The notes: a model not told the origin generated them from the letters alone. 45,284 bases of DNA from Candidatus Nealsonbacteria bacterium (GCA_003557065.1 PWPS01000001.1:1-45284); one strand, 5' to 3'. Shown: positions 1 to 9,463, counted from the first letter of the stretch. Numbers and translations are program-made.

Positions 1-707
1 GGAATCATATCTTTTCTTCCTTTCTTTTTTAAGGCGATAAGAATTAACCCTATTACGGCACCCAAAATAAATGAAAAAAATAAACCGACCAGAATATCGG
101 GAAATCCCAGAAAAAATCCCATAAAGGCAGCGTACCTAACATCCCCAAAACCGATTCCCTTTCCCTTACTGAAGAAGAAGACGGAGAAAAAGAAAAGAAA
201 AGTGAAAAGCCCGGACAATAGGTCGTATGTGAAGACCATAAAGCTTCTATTTACAAAAAAGCTCAAAGTTATAATAAGTAAAGAGGCGAATATGGCCGGA
301 TATATTACCTTGTTCGGTATTATGTAATGCTTCAGATCATAAACGAAAACAACGACAAGGCAAGAGAAAATAAAAAGATTCAGAATGAATATCGTTATGG
401 ACAACAAGCTTTGAGTCGGATTTAAAAAAAGATAGACCAAAACAAAAATAATCCCGGTAAAAAGTTCCACAACGGGATATTGCATTGAGATTTTCTCATT
501 GCAATACCGACACTTGCCACGCAAAAAAAGAAAGGAAATAACCGGAATCAAATCAAGTGAATTGAGTTTATGTTTACATTTCGGACAAAAGGAGTTTCCC
601 TTAACCGTTTTATCGGTCTCCATTCTATACATCAGGCAATTCAAAAAAGATCCGACGGCCAATCCGAAAAGAAAAATAAAGGTAAGCAGTATTTCCTGGG
701 GAATCAT
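1..707 (-). CDS. pilD: Prepilin peptidase (peptidase A24), 3' end runs off the window; absent from the ORF track
   Basis: Manual translation from ATG at 707: MIPQEILLTFIFLFGLAVGSFLNCLMYR...SFCPKCKHKL..LDLIPVISFLFLRGKCRYC..KISMQYPVVE...YDLKHYIIP...GIGFGDVRY. Two CxxC pairs, the catalytic D and the GxGD motif are present. Confidence 0.95.
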   Translation of the reverse strand, partial: MIPQEILLTFIFLFGLAVGSFLNCLMYRMETDKTVKGNSFCPKCKHKLNSLDLIPVISFLFLRGKCRYCNEKISMQYPVVELFTGIIFVLVYLFLNPTQSLLSITIFILNLFIFSCLVVVFVYDLKHYIIPNKVIYPAIFASLLIITLSFFVNRSFMVFTYDLLSGLFTFLFFFSVFFFSKGKGIGFGDVRYAAFMGFFLGFPDILVGLFFSFILGAVIGLILIALKKKGRKDMI

Positions 708-749
708 ATCTTTAATTGAATATTATCAAAAAAAATGCTCCTATTCAAT

Positions 750-775
750 AAAAAAACCATCCGCAAAGATGGTTT
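750..775 (-). terminator. Intrinsic terminator after the major pilin gene
   Basis: 8-bp stem AAACCATC-cgcaaa-GATGGTTT with a T-run on the minus strand. Confidence 0.7.
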
Positions 776-824
776 CTTTATTACTCTCTAAATTTTTATT
801 AAAACTACTACAACTTTTTAGACC

Positions 825-1307
825 CTAAGTGGTGTCCATGACGTCATCACAATTTGATGCAGTCGAGTCCGGGTCAGTATCTCCCATTTCATGCTCACCC
901 GCGTTACCATCACTGTCGATACAGTAATAAACTACATTATCATCTTCGGAAGGAGCACAAAGAGGTGCCCAAGCCGCATACCTTTGAAAATTGTCGGATA
1001 TGCTTATCTGATACTCCGAATCAACTGCATCCGGAAGATAAGCTACACTACAGGGTGGAATTTGATCCTTGATATTTTCCCATCCGGACGAAGTATCGTA
1101 ATTCTCATAACTACCTCTTCCTCCCAGAGGATCATAGTAATATTGCTCGGCATTACTTCTGATCTGTGACAACTCGGATCTTATCTGTGTATCATAAGCA
1201 CCTTCTCTAGCTCCACTAATCGATACAAAGGCGATACCGGACAAAATTCCGATTATGGCAATAACCACAAGCAGCTCGATCAACGTAAAACCTTTTTGAT
1301 TTTTCAT
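825..1307 (-). CDS. pilA: Type IV pilin (probable major pilin)
   Basis: Class III signal KG|FTLIELLVVIAIIGIL with E5; four Cys in the globular domain; has its own promoter and terminator. Confidence 0.92.
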   Translation of the reverse strand: MKNQKGFTLIELLVVIAIIGILSGIAFVSISGAREGAYDTQIRSELSQIRSNAEQYYYDPLGGRGSYENYDTSSGWENIKDQIPPCSVAYLPDAVDSEYQISISDNFQRYAAWAPLCAPSEDDNVVYYCIDSDGNAGEHEMGDTDPDSTASNCDDVMDTT

Positions 1308-1354
1308 AGTGATCTTTTTGTTAATAATTTGACCTTTATTTTATTCTCACTGGA

Positions 1355-1383
1355 AGTATAGTCAAAAAATAAACTTACGTCAA
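1355..1383 (-). promoter_or_regulatory. Sigma70-type promoter of the pilin gene
   Basis: TTGACG (1383-1378), 17-nt spacer, TATACT (1360-1355). Confidence 0.75.
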
Positions 1384-1397
1384 TAAAATTTTATGCC

Positions 1398-2615
1398 TCA
1401 CATTCCCATACCGACGTTATATATCGGCAAAAGAACCGCAACAACCAAACCTCCAACAACCGCACCCAATAGAATTATCAGGGCCGGTTCCGCAATTTTA
1501 ACATAACTATCCATACTTCTTTCAACTTCGTCCCTGTAAAAACGAACTACACTTTTAAGAATCTTTTCCATTTCACCGGTTTTTTCTCCGACAATTATCA
1601 TCTGAGTCACTAGACTGGGGAAAAATTTGGGATGTTTTTTAAGGGATGTGCTTATATCCCTACCTTCCTTAACGTCTTTTCTTGTCTCCGCTACTATATT
1701 TTTATAAACATAATTTCCAACTATCCCTTCGGTTACCTCCAAAGATTTCACCATATCCAAACCACTGGATATAAGTGTCGCCATGCTTTCCGCAAAATAA
1801 GTCAGATAAACCTTCCTTGAAAACGCTCCTATTACGGGAACCTTCAATAAAGTACTGTCAAAAATCTCTTTTCCCTTTTCAGTCTTTATCGCCTTAAAGA
1901 AAGCGAATGAACCGGCAACGAGTAAAATTAAAACCAGAAGACCCCAGTCGATAACGAAATCAGAAGTTGTAATCACTATTTGAGTTATCATAGGCATTTC
2001 GGCATCAAGTTCTTCTATCATCTCAACCAAATCGGGGATAACGAAAAAGAGCAAAAAAGCTACAACGAAACTAAAAACAAAAACAATAAAAAGAGGATAG
2101 ACCATCGCTCCGATCAATTTCTTTTTAAACTTACTACTTCTTTCAATATGGTCTTCCAAATATTGAAGTGATTGTGGAAGATTACCGGATGCTTCACCAG
2201 ATTCTATCGCTCCGATATAAAACGGAGAGAATATGTCGGGGTATCTCTCCAAAGCCTTGGAGAACGGTTCCCCTCCCTCAACTTTTTCGGCAACATCTTC
2301 AACGGTTTTTTTGAGCTTATTGCTTTCTATTTGGTGAGCTAAAATTCTCAAAGACTCGATAATCCCTATTTGAGACTCAAGCATGATTCCCAATTGCCTG
2401 GAAAACATTATAAGATCCGTGTCCGAAACATTGTCAAAAAGAGCTATGTTAAGATCGAATTCTTTCTTGTAGAAAGGAACCTTAATTTTTTTAACTTCGA
2501 ACACATAAAGATCCCTTTGCTGTAATTTAAGTAAGGCCTCCCCTTTCGAGTCCGCTTCTATCGTCCCATTGACTTCTTCCCCTTCTTCATTTTTAGCTCT
2601 ATATTCGAAATCCAT
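1398..2615 (-). CDS. pilC: Type IV pilus platform protein (PilC/GspF family)
   Basis: Two T2SSF repeats: FSRQLGIMLESQI, GEASGNL, GEKTGEM, EPALII. Confidence 0.95.
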   Translation of the reverse strand: MDFEYRAKNEEGEEVNGTIEADSKGEALLKLQQRDLYVFEVKKIKVPFYKKEFDLNIALFDNVSDTDLIMFSRQLGIMLESQIGIIESLRILAHQIESNKLKKTVEDVAEKVEGGEPFSKALERYPDIFSPFYIGAIESGEASGNLPQSLQYLEDHIERSSKFKKKLIGAMVYPLFIVFVFSFVVAFLLFFVIPDLVEMIEELDAEMPMITQIVITTSDFVIDWGLLVLILLVAGSFAFFKAIKTEKGKEIFDSTLLKVPVIGAFSRKVYLTYFAESMATLISSGLDMVKSLEVTEGIVGNYVYKNIVAETRKDVKEGRDISTSLKKHPKFFPSLVTQMIIVGEKTGEMEKILKSVVRFYRDEVERSMDSYVKIAEPALIILLGAVVGGLVVAVLLPIYNVGMGM

Positions 2616-2616
2616 T

Positions 2617-3684
2617 CTATTCGATTAACTTTTTAAGACTTTTGGGATTCCTTGAATAGGTAATCGCATCTTCTATTGTTATCTCATTATTTTTAATCAG
2701 GTCACTTAAATACTTATTAAGGCTGATCATCCCGTCGTTGGAAGAAGTTTCCACTATGATATCAAGTTCATGGATTTTATTTTCTCTTATCAAATTTGAG
2801 ACTGCAGAATTTCTCCTCATTATCTCACAAGCTGGAATCAGTCCTCCCGATTTTCTGGGTATCAATCTTTGAGAGACTATTCCCAAAAGCGATGCCGATA
2901 ACTGAGCTCTGATTTGATCCTGTTGATCGGATGGAAAGGAATCAACTATTCTGTGAACCGTCTGACTGGCAGAATTGGTGTGCAGTGTGGAAAAAACCAA
3001 ATGTCCGGTTTCAGCAGCGGTTATGGTAGTCTCTATAGTCTCGGGGTCTCTCATTTCACCGACCATTATGATGTCCGGATCCTGTCTGAAAACCGACTTC
3101 AAAGCTCTGGCGAAAGAGGGGGTATCCTGTCCGACTTCCCTTTGATCGATCAAAGCCTTGTCGTCTTTAAAGATATATTCTATAGGATCTTCTATCGTTA
3201 TGATGTGCTCAAATCTGGTTTTGTCTATCTTATCTATTAAAGCAGCTAAAGTTGTTGACTTACCATGCGAAGCGGGTCCGGTTATTAAAACCAGTCCCTG
3301 GTTGGCTTTTGAAAAATCATAGAGGCTTGAAGGAAGATGTAGTTCTTCCAGGTTTTTAATCCTTGCCGGTATCCTTCTCAGTGCGCAAGAAATATCTCCT
3401 TTTTGATTGAATATATTCACCCTGAATCTTGTTCCGTCATCAGATTGATAAGAAAAATCAACCTCTTTTTCCTTCAAGAAGCGTTCTCTTTGCTCTTCCG
3501 TAGCCAATTCAAAAGCCATCAATTTGGCCTCTTCACTTTTTACGGGATCCTCCTCCCTTATCTTTTGTAGATTCCCATTTATTCTTATTATCGGGTGTCT
3601 TCCGACGGATATATGTAAGTCGGATGCTTCTTTTTGAACCGCTTGATTCAATAATCTTTTTAATTTTTCTTTAATTTCATTCAT
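2617..3684 (-). CDS. pilT: Type IV pilus retraction ATPase
   Basis: ASDLH, Walker A GPASHGKST, TIEDPIE, RQDPDIIMVGEMRD, AETGHLVFSTLHT, NLIRE. Start moved to the ATG at 3684, which overlaps the pilB stop. Confidence 0.93.
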   Translation of the reverse strand: MNEIKEKLKRLLNQAVQKEASDLHISVGRHPIIRINGNLQKIREEDPVKSEEAKLMAFELATEEQRERFLKEKEVDFSYQSDDGTRFRVNIFNQKGDISCALRRIPARIKNLEELHLPSSLYDFSKANQGLVLITGPASHGKSTTLAALIDKIDKTRFEHIITIEDPIEYIFKDDKALIDQREVGQDTPSFARALKSVFRQDPDIIMVGEMRDPETIETTITAAETGHLVFSTLHTNSASQTVHRIVDSFPSDQQDQIRAQLSASLLGIVSQRLIPRKSGGLIPACEIMRRNSAVSNLIRENKIHELDIIVETSSNDGMISLNKYLSDLIKNNEITIEDAITYSRNPKSLKKLIE

Positions 3685-5437
3685 TTTCCTCTTCTTTTTT
3701 TGTTTCTTTTGTAGCTTTAAGAACAACCTCAACCGAGGTATGTCCCTCCAGGGCTTTCATAATGCCGTCTTGTCGCATCGTTATCATCCCCTGTTTATAT
3801 GCTTGCTTTTTTAATGGTTGCTCTCCTTTGTCTTCCAAGACTAAATTAGCCATCTCATCGGTCATCTCCAAGGCTTCATAAATTCCGATTCTTCCCTTAA
3901 ATCCGGTGGATCCGCACTTCTCGCAGCCGACCGGTTTAAAAATTTTAATGTCCGAAAGATTAAGACTTTCTCTGGTTCTCGGAGGGAGTTGCTCTATCTC
4001 ACTCAATATTATTTTTTTTATTCTTTCCTCGGGAACAACTTCTTTCTTACAACCGTCACAAAGTCTCCTGACCAATCTTTGAGCAATAGCCGTATTGAGC
4101 GAAGGGGGAACGAGATAAGGCTTTATCCCCATATCGGTCAATCTGGGAATAACTCCGACCGCATCATTGGTATGCAGTGTGGAAAGAACTATATGACCGG
4201 TAAGAGCAGCGTGAACCGCTAATTCCGCCGTTTCCTGATCACGAATCTCACCGACCATTATGATGTCCGGATCCTGTCTGAGAATTTGTCTTAATCCACT
4301 GGCAAAATCATATCCTATATCATGCTCTATCTGCGACTGATTTACCCCATCGATAAAATACTCCACCGGATCTTCCAATGTCACTATATTAACTTCTTCC
4401 GTATTCAATCTTCTCAGCAAAGAATAAAGTGTCGTCGTCTTACCCGATCCGGTAGGTCCGGTAGCAAGAATCATTCCGGTCGGCCTGTTTACTCCTCTGT
4501 TCACTATGGTCTCGGTCGAGTCTCTCATTCCCAGCTCTTCCAACTCCATCATTCCCTGTTCGGGATCAAGAACTCTTAAAACGACTTTTTCCCCCATGGT
4601 TGTCGGCATGGTGGCAACACGAAAATCAATATCCTTTCCGGCGATTTTTGAAAAGAATCTTCCGTCTTGCGGGAGTCTTCTTTCTTCTATCTTCAAGTTG
4701 GATAAAATTTTAATCCTGGCAACTACGGCCGGGTGTATTTTTAAAGGAAGCACCAATGAGGACCTTAACGCTCCGTCTATCCTGTATCTAACCTCCAACT
4801 TTTCTCTACCGGGCTCCACGTGTATATCCGAAGCTCCTCCCTCTATAGCCTCTTTTAGAATGACCGAAACAACCCTTACGATAGGTGCCTCTTCCGCCAT
4901 TTTCTGAACATTCTCCGTATCTTCTTCATTTATCCTTTTTGCCAACTCCTCTTCTTCTTCCGCCATGGCCCCCAGTGCCGCTCCCGCACCTTTTCTCAAC
5001 TCTCCATACTGACTTAGTATCTCTTCAAAGGTGCTTAGGTTTATTAGAAATATTTTGTAGGAAAACCCACCCCTACGAGAAAGAAATCTGAGCACCTCCT
5101 GAGCTTTCAAATCCTTGGGATAAACCATTCCTATTTCAATCGCATTTTCAGTCTTGTTTAAGGGAACCATTTTGTAATGCTTGGCCGAGTCTTCAGGAAT
5201 AAGGTTCGCTATGTCGGGCAAAACACTACCCAAACGATCAAGATTAACCTCGGGCTTGTAGGTAATATCCAAAATCTCACTTTTTATCCTGAAAAGCTGA
5301 TCTTCCGTAATCGGAATCGATGTATCTTCCATTATAACCTCTTCTTCTTTTCGTTCTCTGCTCTTTTCTTGCAACTCTTCAGCCTTTTCTTCACTTATCA
5401 ATTCCCTTTTTTTGATCTCGTCTATTAAGCTTTGCAT
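3677..5437 (-). CDS. pilB: Type IV pilus assembly ATPase (PilB/GspE)
   Basis: ASDIHVEP, RLPQDGR, GPTGSGKTT, LRQDPDIIMVGEIRD, tetra-Cys zinc motif. Confidence 0.96.
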   Translation of the reverse strand: MQSLIDEIKKRELISEEKAEELQEKSRERKEEEVIMEDTSIPITEDQLFRIKSEILDITYKPEVNLDRLGSVLPDIANLIPEDSAKHYKMVPLNKTENAIEIGMVYPKDLKAQEVLRFLSRRGGFSYKIFLINLSTFEEILSQYGELRKGAGAALGAMAEEEEELAKRINEEDTENVQKMAEEAPIVRVVSVILKEAIEGGASDIHVEPGREKLEVRYRIDGALRSSLVLPLKIHPAVVARIKILSNLKIEERRLPQDGRFFSKIAGKDIDFRVATMPTTMGEKVVLRVLDPEQGMMELEELGMRDSTETIVNRGVNRPTGMILATGPTGSGKTTTLYSLLRRLNTEEVNIVTLEDPVEYFIDGVNQSQIEHDIGYDFASGLRQILRQDPDIIMVGEIRDQETAELAVHAALTGHIVLSTLHTNDAVGVIPRLTDMGIKPYLVPPSLNTAIAQRLVRRLCDGCKKEVVPEERIKKIILSEIEQLPPRTRESLNLSDIKIFKPVGCEKCGSTGFKGRIGIYEALEMTDEMANLVLEDKGEQPLKKQAYKQGMITMRQDGIMKALEGHTSVEVVLKATKETKKEEENE

Positions 5438-5441
5438 TTTT

Positions 5442-6635
5442 TTAATTAATGAGACCTAATTCTTCTATTTTTTCTTCAGCACGCAAATAGAACTCGTTGA
5501 TTTCCCTCCTCAGCTCATTCGGAGTAAATTCTACTTCTTCGTATCTGTTTTTAATTTCTTCCACTTCCTCTCTAAGTAAAGCGTACTCATTTTCCGCTCT
5601 CATTATTATTTCCGGATCATCCAAATCCTCTATCATTTGAAGGAAAGAAGCAAAAGCATTTTCAACCTCTTGGAAAATTTCTTCCGCTTCGTCGAATTCG
5701 GTAAAGTCATCAACTAATTCTTCCAATTTTTTTATTTTTTCTTCTATGTCCGATTCATATTGCCCGATTGATTGCCTTAAAGAAGATACTGTCAGCTCTC
5801 CTCTTGAATATCTTTCTTCGATATCTCTGAACCTTTCTTCGAATTCGGAATAGTTTTCTTCCATTTCACTTCTAATATCTTCCTCTAAAAACTCTTTGAC
5901 TCTCTCCAGGGCTCTATGAAATTCGGTTAATTTTTCCCCGGCTCTCATTAGAAGATTTTCCGCCTCCCTCTCTCCCTCCGTTTGATAATCCTCCAACGTC
6001 GTATCATAATCATCTTTTCCTATTATCACTATATCTCCACGCATCCCTCCCCCGAAAGACGAAAAATAAGAGACCATTCCATCTTCTGCCTTAAATTCGA
6101 ATTTTTCTTCCCTTTTATCCGCTATTTCCCCCGAATCAAACACAATATCTCCAGCACTGTCTTCTATTTTAAAATCATGCTCTTCTCCACTAAAGTTTTC
6201 AATGGTAATCTCATACCATCTCCCTTCAAAAAGAAAAACTTCCGGATTCCTTTCTCCGGCTATTCTGTCAGGAAAAATTCCCGTCCAGCCGTCATCATCA
6301 ACCTTAAAGACAAGGTTAAAATTCTCCCACCACTCTCTCAGACGACTATCCGTCGGTATTCTGGGTGCATGAAAAGGGTTTTCAACCAAAACCTTATCCC
6401 AAAGAAGAAAAGGGGAATCTCCTCTATGGAAAGTATTTAAATTTTGAAAAAAATAACTGTCCAAAAAGACCAGATCTATATTAGGAAATCTCTGCAGGCT
6501 ATGGTCAATCATAATCTCATCATGTTCATAATCGGAAATAAAAACCTCCCAAACCACAAACCCAATTATCGCAACCGTAATCAAAACTACGGTATAGAAA
6601 TATTTTGGATCACTGTTTTTTTTATCCTTGCTCAT
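5442..6635 (-). CDS. Membrane-anchored pil-operon protein with a cupredoxin-like domain and an acidic coiled-coil tail
   Basis: N-terminal TM helix (aa ~13-33); aa ~107-205 show a cupredoxin-like pattern (EN..G..H.F...Y......MRG.I); the C-terminus is E-rich and helical; lies between pilO and pilB. Confidence 0.75.
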   Translation of the reverse strand: MSKDKKNSDPKYFYTVVLITVAIIGFVVWEVFISDYEHDEIMIDHSLQRFPNIDLVFLDSYFFQNLNTFHRGDSPFLLWDKVLVENPFHAPRIPTDSRLREWWENFNLVFKVDDDGWTGIFPDRIAGERNPEVFLFEGRWYEITIENFSGEEHDFKIEDSAGDIVFDSGEIADKREEKFEFKAEDGMVSYFSSFGGGMRGDIVIIGKDDYDTTLEDYQTEGEREAENLLMRAGEKLTEFHRALERVKEFLEEDIRSEMEENYSEFEERFRDIEERYSRGELTVSSLRQSIGQYESDIEEKIKKLEELVDDFTEFDEAEEIFQEVENAFASFLQMIEDLDDPEIIMRAENEYALLREEVEEIKNRYEEVEFTPNELRREINEFYLRAEEKIEELGLIN

Positions 6636-6637
6636 AT

Positions 6638-7162
6638 TTAATAAGAATAAACTCTAACGGTTACTCTGTAATCCAACGGCTCCCCCCTTTCCCCGGAGCC
6701 TCTCCCCATCGTTATCTCTCTTACGTTCATTATTCTTGCCGAGCTTTTCAGTTCTCTTATGAAATTTTTAAAATTGGAATAAGCCCCTTCGATACTGAAA
6801 TTTATTTCCGTCATTTTAATTTCTACTCTATCGGGATGTGCTCTGGTAGAAAAGTCTCCTATACCACTAACTCTGACACCCGTCCGATAAGAAGCTCTTC
6901 TTATCTCGGCAAAGAGAGATGGAACGTAATGATCGTTCGGAATACCATCTTCGAACTTTCTAACTTCTCCCCGATAATCAATCTTCAAAGCTCCAGCCAT
7001 CGCTTCCATGGTTTGGTTGTAATTTATCATATTCTGCAAGTCAATTTCCTTTATTTCAGCCTTCACCATGGCCTCTCTTAAATCTTGGTATTCGGGCCAT
7101 ATGACCAAACCCATCAAAAGAAAGGATCCGATAAGACAAATTGTAGCTATAATCGGGCGCAT
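6638..7162 (-). CDS. pilO: PilO-like alignment protein
   Basis: N-terminal TM, coiled coil, IP...VPSLF and G.YSNFKNFI.EL..SARIMNV pattern; operon position. Confidence 0.8.
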   Translation of the reverse strand: MRPIIATICLIGSFLLMGLVIWPEYQDLREAMVKAEIKEIDLQNMINYNQTMEAMAGALKIDYRGEVRKFEDGIPNDHYVPSLFAEIRRASYRTGVRVSGIGDFSTRAHPDRVEIKMTEINFSIEGAYSNFKNFIRELKSSARIMNVREITMGRGSGERGEPLDYRVTVRVYSY

Positions 7163-7163
7163 T

Positions 7164-8267
7164 TTATTTGAATATCAATGGATCAAAAGTAATATTGAAT
7201 TGAAAACTCACACCTAGGTCTTCTCCTTCTATTTCTCTTATTCCGGATAATACAACCTCTTCAATTGGGTGAATTTTTTCTTTTCCTGCCACCTCGAACC
7301 AATCTTGGTCCAAAAGCTGATGTCCTCTCATTCCTTTCTGAAAAACATAATCCTCTTTTCTTGCGTGACTGAGCAGGGGTAGAGCTTTTTCCCCCTCAAA
7401 GTCTATTCTTTTAGGATCTTCTCCGGAAATGGGACTTTTTCGTAAATTGATTGCATTCTTTACGATAACACTGTTATCCGGATAAATCTCTCTGAGTAGG
7501 GTAAGTTCATTTCCTTCATCGGGTATTCCAAAAATAAACTCTTTCGATCTTGATTCTTCATCATTGTTACTGGTTACTCTGATACCGACCACCTCGCCTC
7601 TGTAATCCTCGGAAAAGCTGATTTTAAAATTTTCATTTTCACCGTCTTCTCCTCCCAAGCTCCTTTTCAAAAGTCTACCACTCATATCAAAAGCAACCCA
7701 ATCAAAATGATCGTATTCCCGTGGATAAGCAACTTCAAATCGATATTCCAACCCTCCTTCATTGTTCCAATTGATTCTTTTTTCTATTATCTGACTTTTG
7801 TCTATCCAACCAAAAATTTCCCTTTCCATGGAAAAATTTTTGAGGATTGAATGTTGTTGCTCCAACGTTCTGAAATTAAGAGTTTCCCCCACCATCGTTA
7901 TCGATCCGGTAGTCAAATTGATGCCCGTAGATTCCAGTCTGGACATCGGATGTGTTGCATTTTCCAAAAAAAGGAAAAAATCATCAACTTTAGCTCTGTT
8001 CCATACCAGATAAGTATAATCCGATATCTTGGCCATATACTCATAAACCAAATCTTGGTTTTTGTTGAAATCCGCCTCTCTCCCCAATCTATCCAATAAT
8101 TCCCTCCTGTTTTCAATCTGAGACTGCAGCTCAATATTCCACTGAGAGATTAATAAATACCCACTAAGACAAAAAAGCAAAAGAATTATCGAGTAATAAA
8201 AAAGAACATCAAAAGAACCGGGAAGGTTAAATGTTTTTTCTTTTTCCGGTTTTATATTTATCGCCAT
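7164..8267 (-). CDS. PilN-like alignment protein with a ~190-aa internal insertion
   Basis: TM plus coiled coil plus PilN-like core (FLFLENATHP...G.T.NFRTLEQQ...IEEVVLS...VSFQFNITFDP); lies between pilM and pilO. Confidence 0.7.
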   Translation of the reverse strand: MAINIKPEKEKTFNLPGSFDVLFYYSIILLLFCLSGYLLISQWNIELQSQIENRRELLDRLGREADFNKNQDLVYEYMAKISDYTYLVWNRAKVDDFFLFLENATHPMSRLESTGINLTTGSITMVGETLNFRTLEQQHSILKNFSMEREIFGWIDKSQIIEKRINWNNEGGLEYRFEVAYPREYDHFDWVAFDMSGRLLKRSLGGEDGENENFKISFSEDYRGEVVGIRVTSNNDEESRSKEFIFGIPDEGNELTLLREIYPDNSVIVKNAINLRKSPISGEDPKRIDFEGEKALPLLSHARKEDYVFQKGMRGHQLLDQDWFEVAGKEKIHPIEEVVLSGIREIEGEDLGVSFQFNITFDPLIFK

Positions 8268-8268
8268 G

Positions 8269-9303
8269 CTAGCTTTTGGAATTTAATCCCTTTATAGCCA
8301 TACCTACGGCCACTGAACAAAGGGGAGAAAGCTCTTTTAGCGCTCCCTCCAAAGAAGAGGGGTATTTTAAATCTCTGAAAGGATTGGCATCATCTATGTC
8401 GAATCCTTCGGATAAAGACTTTTTAATCTCTTTCAACTTGGAAGCTCCGCCCGTAATGTATATCTTGTCTATATTTTTTCCCTCTTCTTTCTGATAACTA
8501 TCACAAATATCTTTTATCTTTTCCGCCAAATCTTCCGAAAGGGATTTTTTAATTTTTTCGGAAGTCTCCGACAGATTTTCTTCCCCTTTATTATAGTTAA
8601 TTTCCGGCAACATATCAAAATCCTCCGTAAAATCCTTACCCGATATTTCAAGACTGTGGCTGTGTTTCGGGATTTTGTCCTCTATTATATTAACCGTAGT
8701 CGACTGATCCCCTATGTCGGAAACTATAATCGTTTTTCCCTCTTTTCCATAAACCTCAGCCAAGCCGAAGGTTCCCGCATCCAGAAGACCCACCTCCAAT
8801 CCCGATTTTTTAGCTATTTTTCTATAGGTTTTAACCGTTTCATTGGGAACAGCCAAAAGTAAAACCTCTACCATTTCACCCTCTTCACCATCTCTCAGTC
8901 CGGTTAATGTCCAATCCAGGGTAACCTCATTAAGTGGAAGGGGGATTCTTTGTCTGGCTTGAAATTGAATAGCCGACTCCACTTCGGATCTTTTCATTTT
9001 GGGAACCTCGAAAGATGTGAAAAAGCTGCTGAAATCGGGGATGGCAAAAACGCTATTTTTAGTTTTTATGTCCGCCTCTTTCAGTATGGCCCGTATGGTG
9101 TCCGAAATCGCATCGATAGAAGATGAAAAAGCTCTTTCGTTTTTGTTTCTAATTTCGGTTCCGGTAACATCCTTGATTGAGGCTATTCCATAGTTTTCCA
9201 GGGTAAAATTATTTCGTTCTCTCGATAGTTCCACCACTTTCACCGATGTTGACCCCACGTCCACACCCAGATACATTTTTGGCTCTTTGGTAAATAGTGA
9301 CAT
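8269..9303 (-). CDS. pilM: Type IV pilus assembly protein PilM (actin-like ATPase fold)
   Basis: LGVDVGSTSVKVVEL, QARQRIPLPL.EV.LDW, DIG, YITGGAS, AVGMA. Confidence 0.93.
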   Translation of the reverse strand: MSLFTKEPKMYLGVDVGSTSVKVVELSRERNNFTLENYGIASIKDVTGTEIRNKNERAFSSSIDAISDTIRAILKEADIKTKNSVFAIPDFSSFFTSFEVPKMKRSEVESAIQFQARQRIPLPLNEVTLDWTLTGLRDGEEGEMVEVLLLAVPNETVKTYRKIAKKSGLEVGLLDAGTFGLAEVYGKEGKTIIVSDIGDQSTTVNIIEDKIPKHSHSLEISGKDFTEDFDMLPEINYNKGEENLSETSEKIKKSLSEDLAEKIKDICDSYQKEEGKNIDKIYITGGASKLKEIKKSLSEGFDIDDANPFRDLKYPSSLEGALKELSPLCSVAVGMAIKGLNSKS

Positions 9304-9378
9304 TTTATTTTTCCTTTGGGTCCTCCCCCAAGTAAACTTCCTCCTTTCTAACTAATTTATCTTTTCATACTCTCGATG

Positions 9379-9463
9379 CGGTGGGGGTGGGATTCGAACC
9401 CACGAACCCTTGCGGGTTGACGGTTTTCAAGACCGTTGCCTTAAGCCACTCGACCACCCCACC
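9379..9463 (-). tRNA. tRNA-Ser(TGA)
   Basis: Cloverleaf, ACGGT-ctTGAaa-ACCGT, long variable arm, G73; CCA not encoded. Confidence 0.95.

Noticed and set aside
3685..3732. 16-aa N-terminal extension of PilT given by the ORF track
   Set aside because: It overlaps the pilB 3' end; the ATG at 3684 coupled to the pilB stop is the more plausible start.
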